Shown here in pieces: positions 24,876 through 36,800 of a stretch of DNA of 64,000 bases. Within the stretch, counting starts at the first letter, position 1; the number at the start of each line of letters is the position of its first letter. The notes under the pieces are model-generated. The model was not told the origin of the DNA, did not search any database, and saw only the letters and a list, made by a program, of their open reading frames with translations. Origin of the DNA: an uncultured Opitutia bacterium (GTDB lineage Bacteria; Verrucomicrobiota; Verrucomicrobiia; Opitutales; UBA953); NCBI GenBank assembly GCA_903913915.1, contig CAIWNE010000033.1:3620-67619 (forward strand), written 5' to 3'. The position numbers were made by a program, and so were the translations under genes.

Positions 24876-27800
24876 TCAGGCCTTCTTCTCCTGACGGCGA
24901 CGACGACGGATCGCGGCGGCCGCGAGGGCCAGCGCGCCGAGACCGATGCCGTAGGTCGAAGGCTCCGGCACCGCGGTCAGCGTGATCGCGCCGTTGGCGG
25001 CGTTGAAGTCGATCGACCACAGGCTCGCCGCCGAGGCCGCGCCGCCGGTGTAGCGGAACTGACTCGTGTCGAAGGTGAACAGGTCGTTGACGTTGGTGTT
25101 CGTGCCGAGGTTCAGGTGGGTCGGGTCGTACGTGCCGAACCCGAAGTGCTGGATGCCCGAAGCGCCCTGCAGCAGCGAGAGGTTGCCCGCCGCGCCGAGG
25201 GTCGTGGCGTCGGACATCGAGACCAGCTTGATCACGACCTTGTTGACGGAGGAGGCACCGCTGAGGTCGAGGTTGCCGAAGGCATACTGGTCGTAGCCGA
25301 CGCCGGCGACCTGGGTGTTGATGTCCCAGATCTTGAACTCCAGGCGAGCGCCGCCCGCGAGGGTCAGGCTCGTCGCCGAGAAGCTGCCGATCGAAGCGCC
25401 GCGGGCGACCGTGCCGTGGTTGCCCACGTCGACGTTGCCGAGCTGGGTGGCCGAGACGAGCGTGCCGCCCGTCGTGCCGTTGCCGGTGACGTGGATGTCG
25501 TTGGCGACCGTCTGGTTGATCACCAGCGTGCCGGTGTTGCTGACCGTGGCCGCACCGGAGCCGAGCGCGCTCGAATGGTTCACGGTGACCTTGCCTTCGG
25601 CGACGTTCAGGCCGCCCGAGAAGGTGTTGGCCGCGGCGAGGATGAGCTCGCCGGCGCCGGACTTCACGAGGGAACCAGTACCGGCGTTAGGACCACCGAC
25701 GAAGCTGAAGCCGTTGGCGAAGGTCGTCGCCGAGGTCGTGTTGTCGAACTTGATGGTCGCGGTCGCGCCATCGGCCACCTTGAGGCGGGAGCCGACGTCC
25801 TGGTTGTTGGTCGATTCCCAGCGAAGGGTCGTGCTGTTGGCCAGGTTGATGTTGCCGGTGCTGCCGTTAAGGCCGAGGCCGTTCAGGTAGAAACCGAGCA
25901 CGCCGCCGTTGACCGACACTTCGGCGTCGGAGTTGAGGAGGTTGCCGGAACCGCCGATGATCCACTGGCCGACCCCGTCCTTGATGATGGACGAGAAGGC
26001 CTGGCCGGCCGCAGGCGAGCCGAGGGCCGTCGCGGTGAACTTGTTGGCCAGCACGCTGTCGCCGGAGAGCATCAACGGACGGGCCGAGGCCGTCGTCGCG
26101 TCGAAGGCGAACTGCGAGGTGCCGTCGACGAGGAACGGAGCGGAGTTGGAAGCGTTGGCGTAGAAGCCGGCGCCGCCGTTGGCCACCGTGACCTTGCGGG
26201 TGAAGTGCGCCGAGCCGGTGTATTCGAGGAAACCGCCTCCGAAGACGAGGGTCGAAGCATCGGACTGGTCGGCGCCGCCGAACGAACCAAGGCCTCCGGC
26301 CGTCGGCACGCCCAGGTCGCTGATGATCGCACGGCCGCCGGCAAGGGTCGTGACTCCGGTGAAGGTCGAGTTGTCCGAGTTCATCGTGACGACGCCCGGC
26401 CCTTCGATCGTGAGGTTACCCGTACCGGAGACCGCGTTGGAGAAGGCGTAGTTGCCGCCGAAGGCGAGCGCCAGGGTAGCGCCCGTGTCGACGAGGACCG
26501 CGGCGCCGACGGTGTAATCGCCCAAGGCATGCCAGCCGGTCTGCGCGCCGACATGGCCGACGTCATCGACGCGGAGCGTGCCGGCGGCGACTTCGACGTT
26601 GCCGGTGAACTCGTTGGCGTTGCCGCCCGTGAAGCGCATGACGCCGGCGCCCTTCTTCACGAAGGACGTGGGGCCGAAGGCGACATCATCGAGCAAGGCG
26701 CCCGAGACCGTGAGGGTCTTGGCGGAAGCGACGGTGAAGTCGCGCGACACGCCGGCGGTGCTCACGTTGAGGGCGGAGATCGTGGAGTCCGCCGTAACGT
26801 TGACGTTGTCGAGGAGCGTCACCAGGCCCGTGGCGGACCCGGCGATGGTGCCGCCACCCATCTGGACGGCGCCGAGGAAGGCCTGGCCGTTGGCACGGAC
26901 ATCCAGGAGACCGTTGATGTTCGCGACGATGCCCGTGGCGGAGTTGCCGATCGAGCTCGCAAAACTTCCGGCGGAGAGGGTCACCGTACCGGCGGAGCCG
27001 ATCGTCAGGACCGTCGGGGCGAGCAGGCCGTCGATGGCCTCGATGCGGAGGGCGCCGCCGTTGACCGCGACGTCACCCGTGAAGGTGGCGGCAGAGTAGA
27101 GCGACATGTCGCCCGCGCCCGACTTGGTGAAGCCGGTCCGCTGGCCGAGACCCGCGTCGATGAGCGAACCCGTCAACCAGAGGTGCTTACCTGCGGAGAC
27201 ATTGAAGTCGCGGGAAGCGCCGTTGGTGGCGACGTTGTAGGCGGAAATAGTCGAGTCGTCGGTAACGGTGACGTCGCCGAGGAGCATCCAGGAAGGCGTC
27301 GCGGAGGACACCGGGTCGCTGGTGAGCGTACCGCCGTTGAGCGTGACGCCGGCGAGGTAACCCGTGTAGAGGGTCGCGTCGGCCGTGCCGCCGTTGAGGG
27401 TCAGGGCCACGCCGTGGGAGGAGGTGCCGACGTTGCCCGGGGCACCGACCTGGAAGGTCGCGCCGCTTTCGACTTCGATCGACGTCGCCGCCGCGAAGGT
27501 CGCGTTGCCGGCGACGTTCATCGTGCCATGGTTGACGAAGGCCCGTCCGGTGAAGGCGGAGTTCAGCGGCATCAGGTTGAGGAGCGCGTTGCTCTGCTGG
27601 ACGATGTCGCCCGCGCCTTCGATGGTGATGGAACTGTCATACTGCTGGCTGACGTTGAACTTGAGCGTCGCACCGGAGGCGATGACGACCTTGTCGGCGC
27701 CGCCCAGGTTGGCGGACTGCGTCGCGGAAGTGCCGTCGCCGACCTGCAGCGTGCCCGCGTCGACGTAGAAACGTCCGTAGTAGGAGCTGTTGTCGCGGAC

Positions 27801-30800
27801 GAGGGTCGTGACCGAGTTGCCGGCCTGGCGGAAGTAGCCGACGTCGTTCAGCGAGTTGGTGAAGCTGAGGTCAGCCGTGCGATTGATGCGAAGCACCGCG
27901 CCCGAGTTGATGTAGACGCGGCTCGTACCGAGGGAACCATCGGCCGTGAGTTCAAGGATGCCACCGCTGATGACGGTGTCGCCGGCCTCATAGTTCTTGG
28001 AGGTGAGGGTCAGCTTGCCGCTGCCCGCCTTGGTCAGCCCCAGGGTGCCGTAGCCGGCCAAGGAGTTGTCGCCGAAGGAACCGGCGAAGGTCAGGTCGGA
28101 AGAGCCCCCGACCGTCAGGATGGCCGGAGTGTAAGCGGAGGAGTTCGTGAAGAAGCCGCCGCCGGCGATCGCGTTGCTCGTCTGGCTGTTGCCGTTCAGG
28201 TCGAAGCCGGCGCCGGCATTGACCGTGAGGAGGCTGGTGGCCGGGATGGCGTTGAGGACGCCGGAACGGAGCAGACCGGCCGCGACGGTGACACCGGCGC
28301 CGCCGAGGCTGGCGTCGGTGGTGGCTCCCGTGAGGACCAGGATGCCGTTGCCGGACTTGGTGAGGCCCGTCGAGCCGTTGCCGGCCGTCGAGGTGAGCAC
28401 GCCGTTGAGGGTGGCGGTGACCGCCGGGCTCGTGACGCTGATCGTGCGGCCCGCGCCGCCGAGGTTGATCGCGCCGGCGAGCGTGATGTTGGAACCGTTG
28501 AGACGGCCGCCGAAGGCGAAGTCGCCGAGCACGTTGACCGCGTTGTTGAGCGTGCGCGCGGTACCGTCGGTATTGAGCGTCGTGCCGGCGCCGATGTTGA
28601 AGGTGCCGGTGCCGATCGGGCTGCTCGTGATGACCGAGCCGGCCAGGACCGTGTTGCCGGCGATCATCAGCGTACCGCCGTTCAGGTTGAAGGGCGCCGA
28701 GAAGGTGTTGGCTCCGCTGAGGGCGAGGACGCCCGCGCCGGCCTTCGTAAGGGAAACCATCTGGCCGCTCTGGGTGATCGGAGCGGAGATCAGCAGGCCG
28801 GTCTCGGTGAGGCCGGCGTTGACCGTGATCGCCGGGGCGGTGCTGACGAACTGCAGCGCCGTGCCGGAGATGACCGGGGTCGTCACGTAGCTGTTGTTGG
28901 TCGCCGTGATGGCGTTGGCCGCGGAAAGCTGCAGCATCGTCGCCGTGGCCACCGTCGGATTCGACATCGCGCCGTCGTTCTGGAAAGTCAGCGAGTTGAG
29001 CACGTTGGTGCCGACCAGCGTGAGCGTGGCGCCGCCGTTGAGCGTGACGTTGGAGGCGGCCGCGATCTGCTGCGCATACGTGTTCATCGTGACGGTCACG
29101 TTGCCGCTGGAAGCGATGCCGCCGATGACGAGGTCGCCGGGGATGAGCGTCCAGTTGCCGGAAGCGGAGAGGTTGGTGGTGCCGCCCAGGAGGTAGGTCG
29201 TGCCGTTGTAATCATTGTTACCTGCGGCGGTCGCGTTACCCATCGTGAAGGTGCCGCCGCCCGAGCGGATCACGTTCATGTTGCCGGTCAGCCTCATGTT
29301 CAGGGTCATCGTGCCCTGGTTGTAATACATGAACAGCTCCGAGCCGGCCGAGGTCAGGTAGCTCGTGGCGTCGGCCGCCTGCATGGAGATGGCGTTGCCG
29401 TTGTTCGTCACGATGCCCACGCCGAGGGTGATCGGCGAGCCGGTGGGGAAGGTATAGGCCTGCGTGCTGCCGGCCGAGAAGCGCCAGGTATAGGCCGAGT
29501 GGGGCCCGGTGACGGTACGCGTGGCGGCGCCGTCGTTGTAGTTGCCCGTGCTGACCGTGGCGGCGGAGATGTCGGTGCCGGTGAAGCCCGGGGCGCTGAA
29601 CCCGTTGTAGGTGGCGCCCATCTGCGACAGACCATAGGTGTCGGTGTAGGTCGCGAACGTGGAACCGTCCGCGATCGCCCAGCCGCCGACGATGTTGTTG
29701 GTCATCTGCGAGGCGGAGAACGCCGTGCCGTTGACGTTGGAGAGGAAGACCTTGGACGCGGCCGACAGGCCGGCGCTGCCCATCGTGTTGATGCCCGAGG
29801 GGTAGTTGTTATAATCCCAGCCGTTGAAGTTCACCATCGTGCCCGCGTTGCGCACGAAGTTGGCGATCGTGATCACGTTCGTGCTGCCTTCGCGGATATA
29901 AGGCGCGGTGTTGAGCTGGTTGCTGCCGAAGGCCGAGGTGACCGTGCCGAGGTTGACGACCGTGTCGACCGAGCCGGAACCGTTGATGGTCAGCGTGCCG
30001 CCGTTCAGGAGGACCGGAGTCGTCGCGCCGATGCGGACCGGGTTGACGACCGGGTTCAGGCCGTAGTTGTCCCAGTTCAGGATGCCTTGGTAGAGGGAGA
30101 CGGCGGACGAGGCGGCGACGGAGCCGGCGTCGCGCAGCTGCAAGGTGCCGCCGCGGACCGAGGTCGGACCCGTGTAGGTGTTCGCCGAAGTAAGGACCGT
30201 CGTGGAGTTGCCCGAACGGGCGAAGCCCATCGCGCCGGCAAGGACGCCGCCGAAGGTGCTGTTGTCGGTGGTGGTGAGGGTCGCGCCGGCGGAGCCGGTG
30301 ACGGTGCCGCCCATGCCCGGGAGGACGTTGGAGCTGGCCAGGCCGCGGACGACCTGGTTGTTGGCGCCGAGGTCGACGATCGTCGACGGGCCGTTGACCG
30401 AGAGGAAGGTCAGCGTGGCGCTGGCCGTCGTGCCGACCACCGTGAGGGTGTTGTCGACGCCCGAAGCGAGGTTCAGGCGGCCGCCGTCGACGGTGACGAG
30501 CGTGCTGGAAGCCACGGAGCCGTTCGGGATGCCGAACGCATAGGACGGAGCCGCGAGGTTCATCGTGCCGCCGTCGGCCTTGACGAAACCGTTGGGGCTG
30601 TTGAGTCCCAGGAAGCCCGTCACATTGAGCGTGGCGCCGGCCAGGACGTGGAACACCGGGGAGGTCACGGCGGTGCCGACGACGCTGCCCGTGGTGAGGC
30701 TGGCCACGCCGTCGGTCACGAGGACGGCCGAGGCGCCGGCCAACGAGAGCGTGAGGCGGTCGCCCGCGACGCCGAAGCCGCCGTAGATGGCCGGCGAGAA

Positions 30801-33800
30801 GGAAGCTCCGAGCGAGCTGGTCGAGCCGCTGAAGGTGACCGTGTTGGCCGAGGTCGAGACGAGCAGGCCCTGGGCGCCGGTGACGCCGGCGTTCTGCGTG
30901 GCGGTCCACGTCGTCGGATTCGTATTGAGTTCGGAGGCGCCGAGGGCGCGCCACGCGTTCGTGGAAGTATCCTGGACCAGGAAGCCCGTGCCGTTGCCGG
31001 AGACGCTGGCGTCGGCCAGGATGTCGCCGCGGACGGACATGTTGGTGGAGCCGTTGGCGCCTCCGCCCTGCCCTGCCGACAGCGAGGCGTTGGCGATGCT
31101 GAGGTTCACGCCGTTGCCGAGGCCGGCGATGACGAGCGAGCCCGTGCCGGTGGAGAAGTTCAACGGCTGTCCGGTGATCGCCGCCGTCGGATTGGAACTG
31201 AGCGTGAAGGTCGTCGCGCCCGTGATCGCGGTGATGGTCGCGCCGGAGGGAATCGCCGCATTGCCGCTGACGAACATGCCGACGGCCAGGCCAGCGGTGC
31301 TCGGGACGGTGACGTTGGCGTTGCCGCTGATGGTCGTGGCGTTGACGGTGGCGCCCGCGTAGTTGAGGTTCGTGACCGCGAAGTTCAGGGCCTGGCCCGA
31401 ACCCGGGGTGAGCTCGATGCGTCCGCCGCCGTTGATCGCGTTGAGGTTGAGGAAGGATTCCGTGGTGCTCGCCGAGGAGGAACCGAGGACCGACACGACG
31501 CCGCCTTGGACGTTCAGGGTGCCGCCGAGGGCGCCGCCGAAGCGGTTGTTGACGTTGGCGACGCCGTTGTCGGCGACGAGCGCGCCGCCGGCGTAGGCGT
31601 TGAAGACGCTGTTGGCCGAGGCAGAGGAGACGAAGGCCTGACCGGCGCCGGAGTAGACGAGGCGGCCGCCGTTGACGCTGATCGCGCCGTAGGAAGCCGT
31701 GTCCGGCTCCGCTGCGGTGAGCGTCAAGGTGCCGGTGCCGACCTTGGTGATCAGCGGGTAGGCGCTGTCATTGAAGCGCATGAAGCGGCCGGCGAACGTG
31801 GTGTCGGCGTTGTTGAAGCCGACGTTCAGGGTCGGGGTGCCCAGCACGCTGTTGAAGACGTCGCCGCTGCCGGACAGTCCGCCCCACGAGGTGGAGAGGT
31901 TGTTGAGGTCGTAGCGGCCGGCGGCCTGCAGGTTGAGCGTGGCGTAGCGGGAACCGGCGTTCAGCACGCCGTTCTTGATGCCGCCCGCGGCCACGGTGAA
32001 GGTGCCGGTGAAGGCGCTCTGGGCGTTGAACTGCAGCACGCCGTTGCCGGTCTTGGTGATGCCGCCGGAGGAACCGACGATGCCTTCGATCGTGAGCTCG
32101 GCACGGAGGGGCTCGATGTCGGTCACGCCGTTCGTGGTGAGTCCGGAGACGTTGATCGTGTTGCCGGCGGAACCGAAGTCGAAGCGCCCTTCCATGTTGG
32201 CGATGACGCCCGGATTGGAAGCGGTGACCACGACGCCGTGGCCGCCGATGGTCAGGATGCCCGCGTTGCCGCCGGCGCTGAAGGTCAGTCCGGAAGCGGT
32301 CGTGGTCGCAGGCTGGCTGAGGGTCAGGCCGGTGCCGCTGTCGACGCTGGCGATGACGGTGCCCACGGGGATGCCGGGGCCGGTGATGCCCATGCCGGCG
32401 AAGAGGCCGGACGTGCTGGCCACCGTGACGGCGGCGCTGTTCTGCGTGAGGCTGCCGGCGCTCAGTCCGGTGGCATTGTTGGCCGACCAGGAACGGACAT
32501 CAGGGTACTGCGTGCCGCCGATGTTGTTGATCACGATGCCTTCCTGCGTGCTGTTGCCGAAGTAGAAAAGCAGGGAGCCGCCGTTCAGCGTGACGATGTT
32601 GCCCGGAGCGATCTGGTTGGGCTTGTTGACCGTGAAGGTCGAGTTGTTGATGACCAGGCCCTTGGTGATGTCGGCCGCGAGGGGGACGTTCGCCGTGGTG
32701 TTGAAGGTCAGGGTGCCCTGGTTGAGGGTCGTGCCGCCCGTGTAGGTCGGATTACCCGCGATGACCGCGGGGCCGGCGCCGCTCTTGACGAGGGCGATGT
32801 TGCCCGAGATGACGGCGTTGATCGTCTCGCCCGTGTTGCCCTGCGAATAGAGCAGCAGCTCGCTCGTGCCCGAGGTGAGGAAGCCTTGGTTGAGGGTCGT
32901 GCTGATGTTCCACGCGTTGTTGTTGAAGCTCAGGATGCCGCCCGTACCGATCGTCAGGGTCTTGCCGGCGGCGATGTCGATGACGATGCCCGCGACGTTC
33001 TGGGTGTTGAGCGAGTTGATCGTGACGTCCTGGGTCAGCGTCGAAGTACCGGCCACGAGCTTGATGTTCTCGGTCGCCAGGCTCGTGTTCGTGATGCTGG
33101 TGTTGGCGGAATAGCCAGGGAAACCGGCCTGTCCCAGGTAGCCGACGCCCAAGGTCGGCGAGTAGGAGGCCCACTCGCTCGGGTAGACGGTGAAGTCGAA
33201 GACGGCCCAGCCTCCGAGGATGCCGTTCGTGAGGACGTTGGCCGGGTTGGCGGTGGAGACGCCGTTGACCTGACCGAGGGTGATCTTCGGCACGTTGCCC
33301 AAGGAGGTGGCCTTGTATTCGCGGAAGAGAACCGTGCCGTCGCCGGGATTGCGGACGAGGTTGGCGATGTTCAGGTCGGCCGAACCGGCCTCGAAGACGG
33401 GGACGGTGAGCGTCAGGCCGGCCGCGGAGGCCGTGGCGGTGGCGTTCGAGTTGACGGTGAAGGTCGTGCTGCTGTTGATCGCGGAGATCGTGGCGTTCGT
33501 CCAGCCGCCGCCGTTGACGAGCTGGCCGACGACGAGTCCGGCCGTGGTGGCGCCCGTGCCCGCAAGGGTCACGAGGGCGGAGCCGGAGGTGGTATTGACG
33601 CTCAGCGGCACCGTGCCCGCGGCGTTGAAGATCAGGCTCGTGCCCTGCGCGATGCTGACCGTGCCGAGGGATTCGGACGAGGGGATGCCGGCGCGGCCCG
33701 TGAAGTTGAACGTGGCGCCGCGCAGGTTGACCGGCGCGGTGTCGTTGATGCGGTTCAGGACGTTGTGCGTGCCGACGTTGTTATCGAGGGTGAGCGTGGC

Positions 33801-36800
33801 GTAGTTGAGGTCCAGCTGCGAGGTGCCGCTGAAGGCGCCGTCGTCCTGGAGGGTCGTGGTGCCGGCGTTGAGCAACGTACCGCCAACGTAGGTATTGTTG
33901 CCGAAGAGGACCAGGGCCCCGCTGTTCGACTTGGCGAAGTTGACGTTGCCGATGATCGTGCCCGAGAAGTTGCGTCCGTCGGTGTTGAGCACGAGGTTGC
34001 CCGTGCCGCTGCTGCTGGTGATGGTGGTGCCGACGCCAGCGACGAGGTTGTCGTTGAACAGGCCGTAGATCATCTGCGAGCCGCCGTTGAGGTCCAGCGT
34101 GCCGCCGATGCCCGCGAAGTAGTTGTTGGGGGCGATGCCGTTCTTGAGGCCCGAGGAGAACTTGACCGTGCCGGCGTTGAGCGAGAACTGGCCCGTGAGG
34201 GAGTTCGTGCTGAGGCCGGACAGGCCGGAGATGGCGCTCGTGGGAGGCGACAGGAAGAGCGTTCCGCCGCCGGCCTTGACCATCGAGAAGGCGGAAGCCG
34301 ACTGGCCGTTGCCGCCCGCGAGGGAGGTGGCGAGGGTCAGGTCGCCGAACGTCCACAGGTTGATGTCGGGCAGGTCGTTCGTCTGGTAGAGCGTGCCGCC
34401 GGAGATCGTCGAAGCCGTGCCCGGACGGACGAGGATGCCGCCGCTGTTCAGGCTGAGGCGGGCGCCGTTGGCGATGCTCAGGTTGGAGCTCAGGTCGAAC
34501 GTCAGCGAATTGCGCTTGGAGTTGGCGACGACGGTGGCCGTCGCGCCGTTGTCCAGGAGGACGTTGCTGTCGAGGGTCGAGCCGTTGATGAAACCGGCGA
34601 TGGTCGTCGGATCGACCTCGTATTCGAGGGCCACCGGATCGGCGCTGAGCGGACGGAAGTAGGTGTTGATGCCGCCCGAGCTCGTGCTGGCGAAGGCGAC
34701 GCCGGAACCCAGGGTGATCGAGGCGCCCGGAGTGGTGGCGGTCGGGGCGGCGCTGATCGTGATGATGCCCGCGTAGTTGACGGAAGTGACCTTGGTGCCG
34801 ACCGGGATACCGGGGCCGGAGATGGACACGCCCGGGACGATGCCCGCGACGGCGGCCGCCGGCAGCGTCAGGGTCGTGACGCCGGAGGCGACGTCCGCGG
34901 TCGTGTTCGTCTGCGCAGGCGCGGTGCCGACGGTCGAAAGGTCGACGACGGCCCACGGGAGGATGGCGCGATTGGGCGTGCCGTTGGCGCCGGTCTCACC
35001 GGCGTAACCCGGGGCGCCGGCCAGCTGGATGCTGGCGCGGGTGTTGCCCGGAGCCAGGCCGATGCCACGCATGAGGAGCGAGGCGCCGGTCGAGGCGGTG
35101 CTGCTGTTCTGGGCCTGGGCGCCGTTGGTCCATGCCGAGCCACGGAAGGCAAGGATGGCCTGCTGGAAGAAGGCGCTCTGGTCGACGACCGTCAGGGTGG
35201 TGACGCCGCGGCCGAAGGTCGGGGTCTGGAAGTTGTCGAGCGTCTGGTGGGCGTCGGTGTTGATGTTGCCGAGGAGCGTGAAGTTGCCGCCGCGGAAGGT
35301 GACGTTGAACGCCGAACCGGCGAGGCCGAGGCGGCCGGTGTCGTTGTTGGTCGTCGAGTTGTCGACGATCACGCTCGCGCCGACGTCGATGTAGATCGCC
35401 GAGCGCCAGGCGGCGTTCGAGTTGAGCGTCAGGGTGCCCTGCTTGATCCACAGGTAGCTGGAAGGATCCACGATGGCCCCGGTGTTGGCCGAGGTCATGG
35501 TGAAGGTGCCGGTACCGTACTTGGTGATGGTGCCGAACTGCGTGCCGGAGGCGACGGTCAGCGCCGGCGAACCGAGGACGAAGTCGCCGTTGCCGACGAA
35601 CGACAGCGTCGAGAGGTTGGTGAGGCTGTTATAGATGCCGCCGCGGATGTTGAGCGTGCTGCCCGCGTCGGAACCGATCACGGCGCCGTAGGGCATCGAG
35701 ATCAGGCCGGTGATGGTGTTGACGCCGGAGAAGCTCTCGAGCTGGCCGCCGAAGTTGATGCCGCCGAGGGGCTGGGCCGTCTGGCCCTGGAGGGTGACCG
35801 GGTTCGCGAAGGTGCCGCCGCCCGCGAGCTGGAGGGCCGAGCCGGTCCACCAGGCATTGGGCGAGACGAGGACGGAGCCGGTGCCGGCCGCCGCAGGATT
35901 GGCGAGGCGGACCGCGCCGGAGTTGACCTGGATGCCGCCGGTCCAGCCGGTGTTGGCGGCGGACAGCACGAGCGTGCCGAGTTCGTTCTTGTAGAGCGTG
36001 TTGGTCGCCGAGGACAGGACGAACGGCGAGGTGAGCGTCAGGGAGGATCCCTGCGGCACGGCGATGGAATCGGCTGCGGCGTTGAGGTTGAACGTACGCG
36101 CGCTGGTGACGGTGCCGGTGGCGCGGAGGCCCACGCCGCTCGTTCCGTTCACGGTGAGGGTGACGGTGTTGGCCGGATCGCCGAGCGCGGCGTCCGAACC
36201 GAACGTCAGCATGCCCGCCTGGACGTCGACCGTGTTGCCGGCGCCGCCGAAGAGGCTGGTGCCGTTCAGGACGAGGTTGCCCGCGCCGAGCTTGGTGAGG
36301 CCGACGTTGAGTACGCCGTCGTCGATCGCGCCGCCGACGGTCAGGGTGTTGGCCGAGACGGTCAGGACCGGGACGTCGCGGAGGGTCACCGCGCCGGCGC
36401 CGAGGTCGAGCGACTGGGTGCCGGTGAAGGTGAAGCCCTGGAACCACTGCATGGGGTTCGCGGTGGTCAGCGCGAGGGCCGCGCCGGAAGTGTTGTTCAG
36501 GGTGACGCCGCTGGAGACCTTGAAGACGCCGGTGCCGAGCGCCGAGGCGCTGCCGAGGTTGAGGGTGCCGGCGGTGAGGCTGATGCCGCCGTTGCCGGTG
36601 TTGGCGCCGGAGAGCGTGAGCGCGCCCGCGCCGGCCTTGGCGATCGGGCCCGCGAAGTTGACCGAGCCGGAAAGCGTGAGCGCCGAGGCGCCGACGCCCG
36701 TGACGGTCCAGGTCTGAGCGCCCGTGGCGACGACCGGGGCGGAGATGGTCACCAACCCGGCGTTGTCGCCGACGAGGATGCCGTTGGTGGAGCTGCCCGG

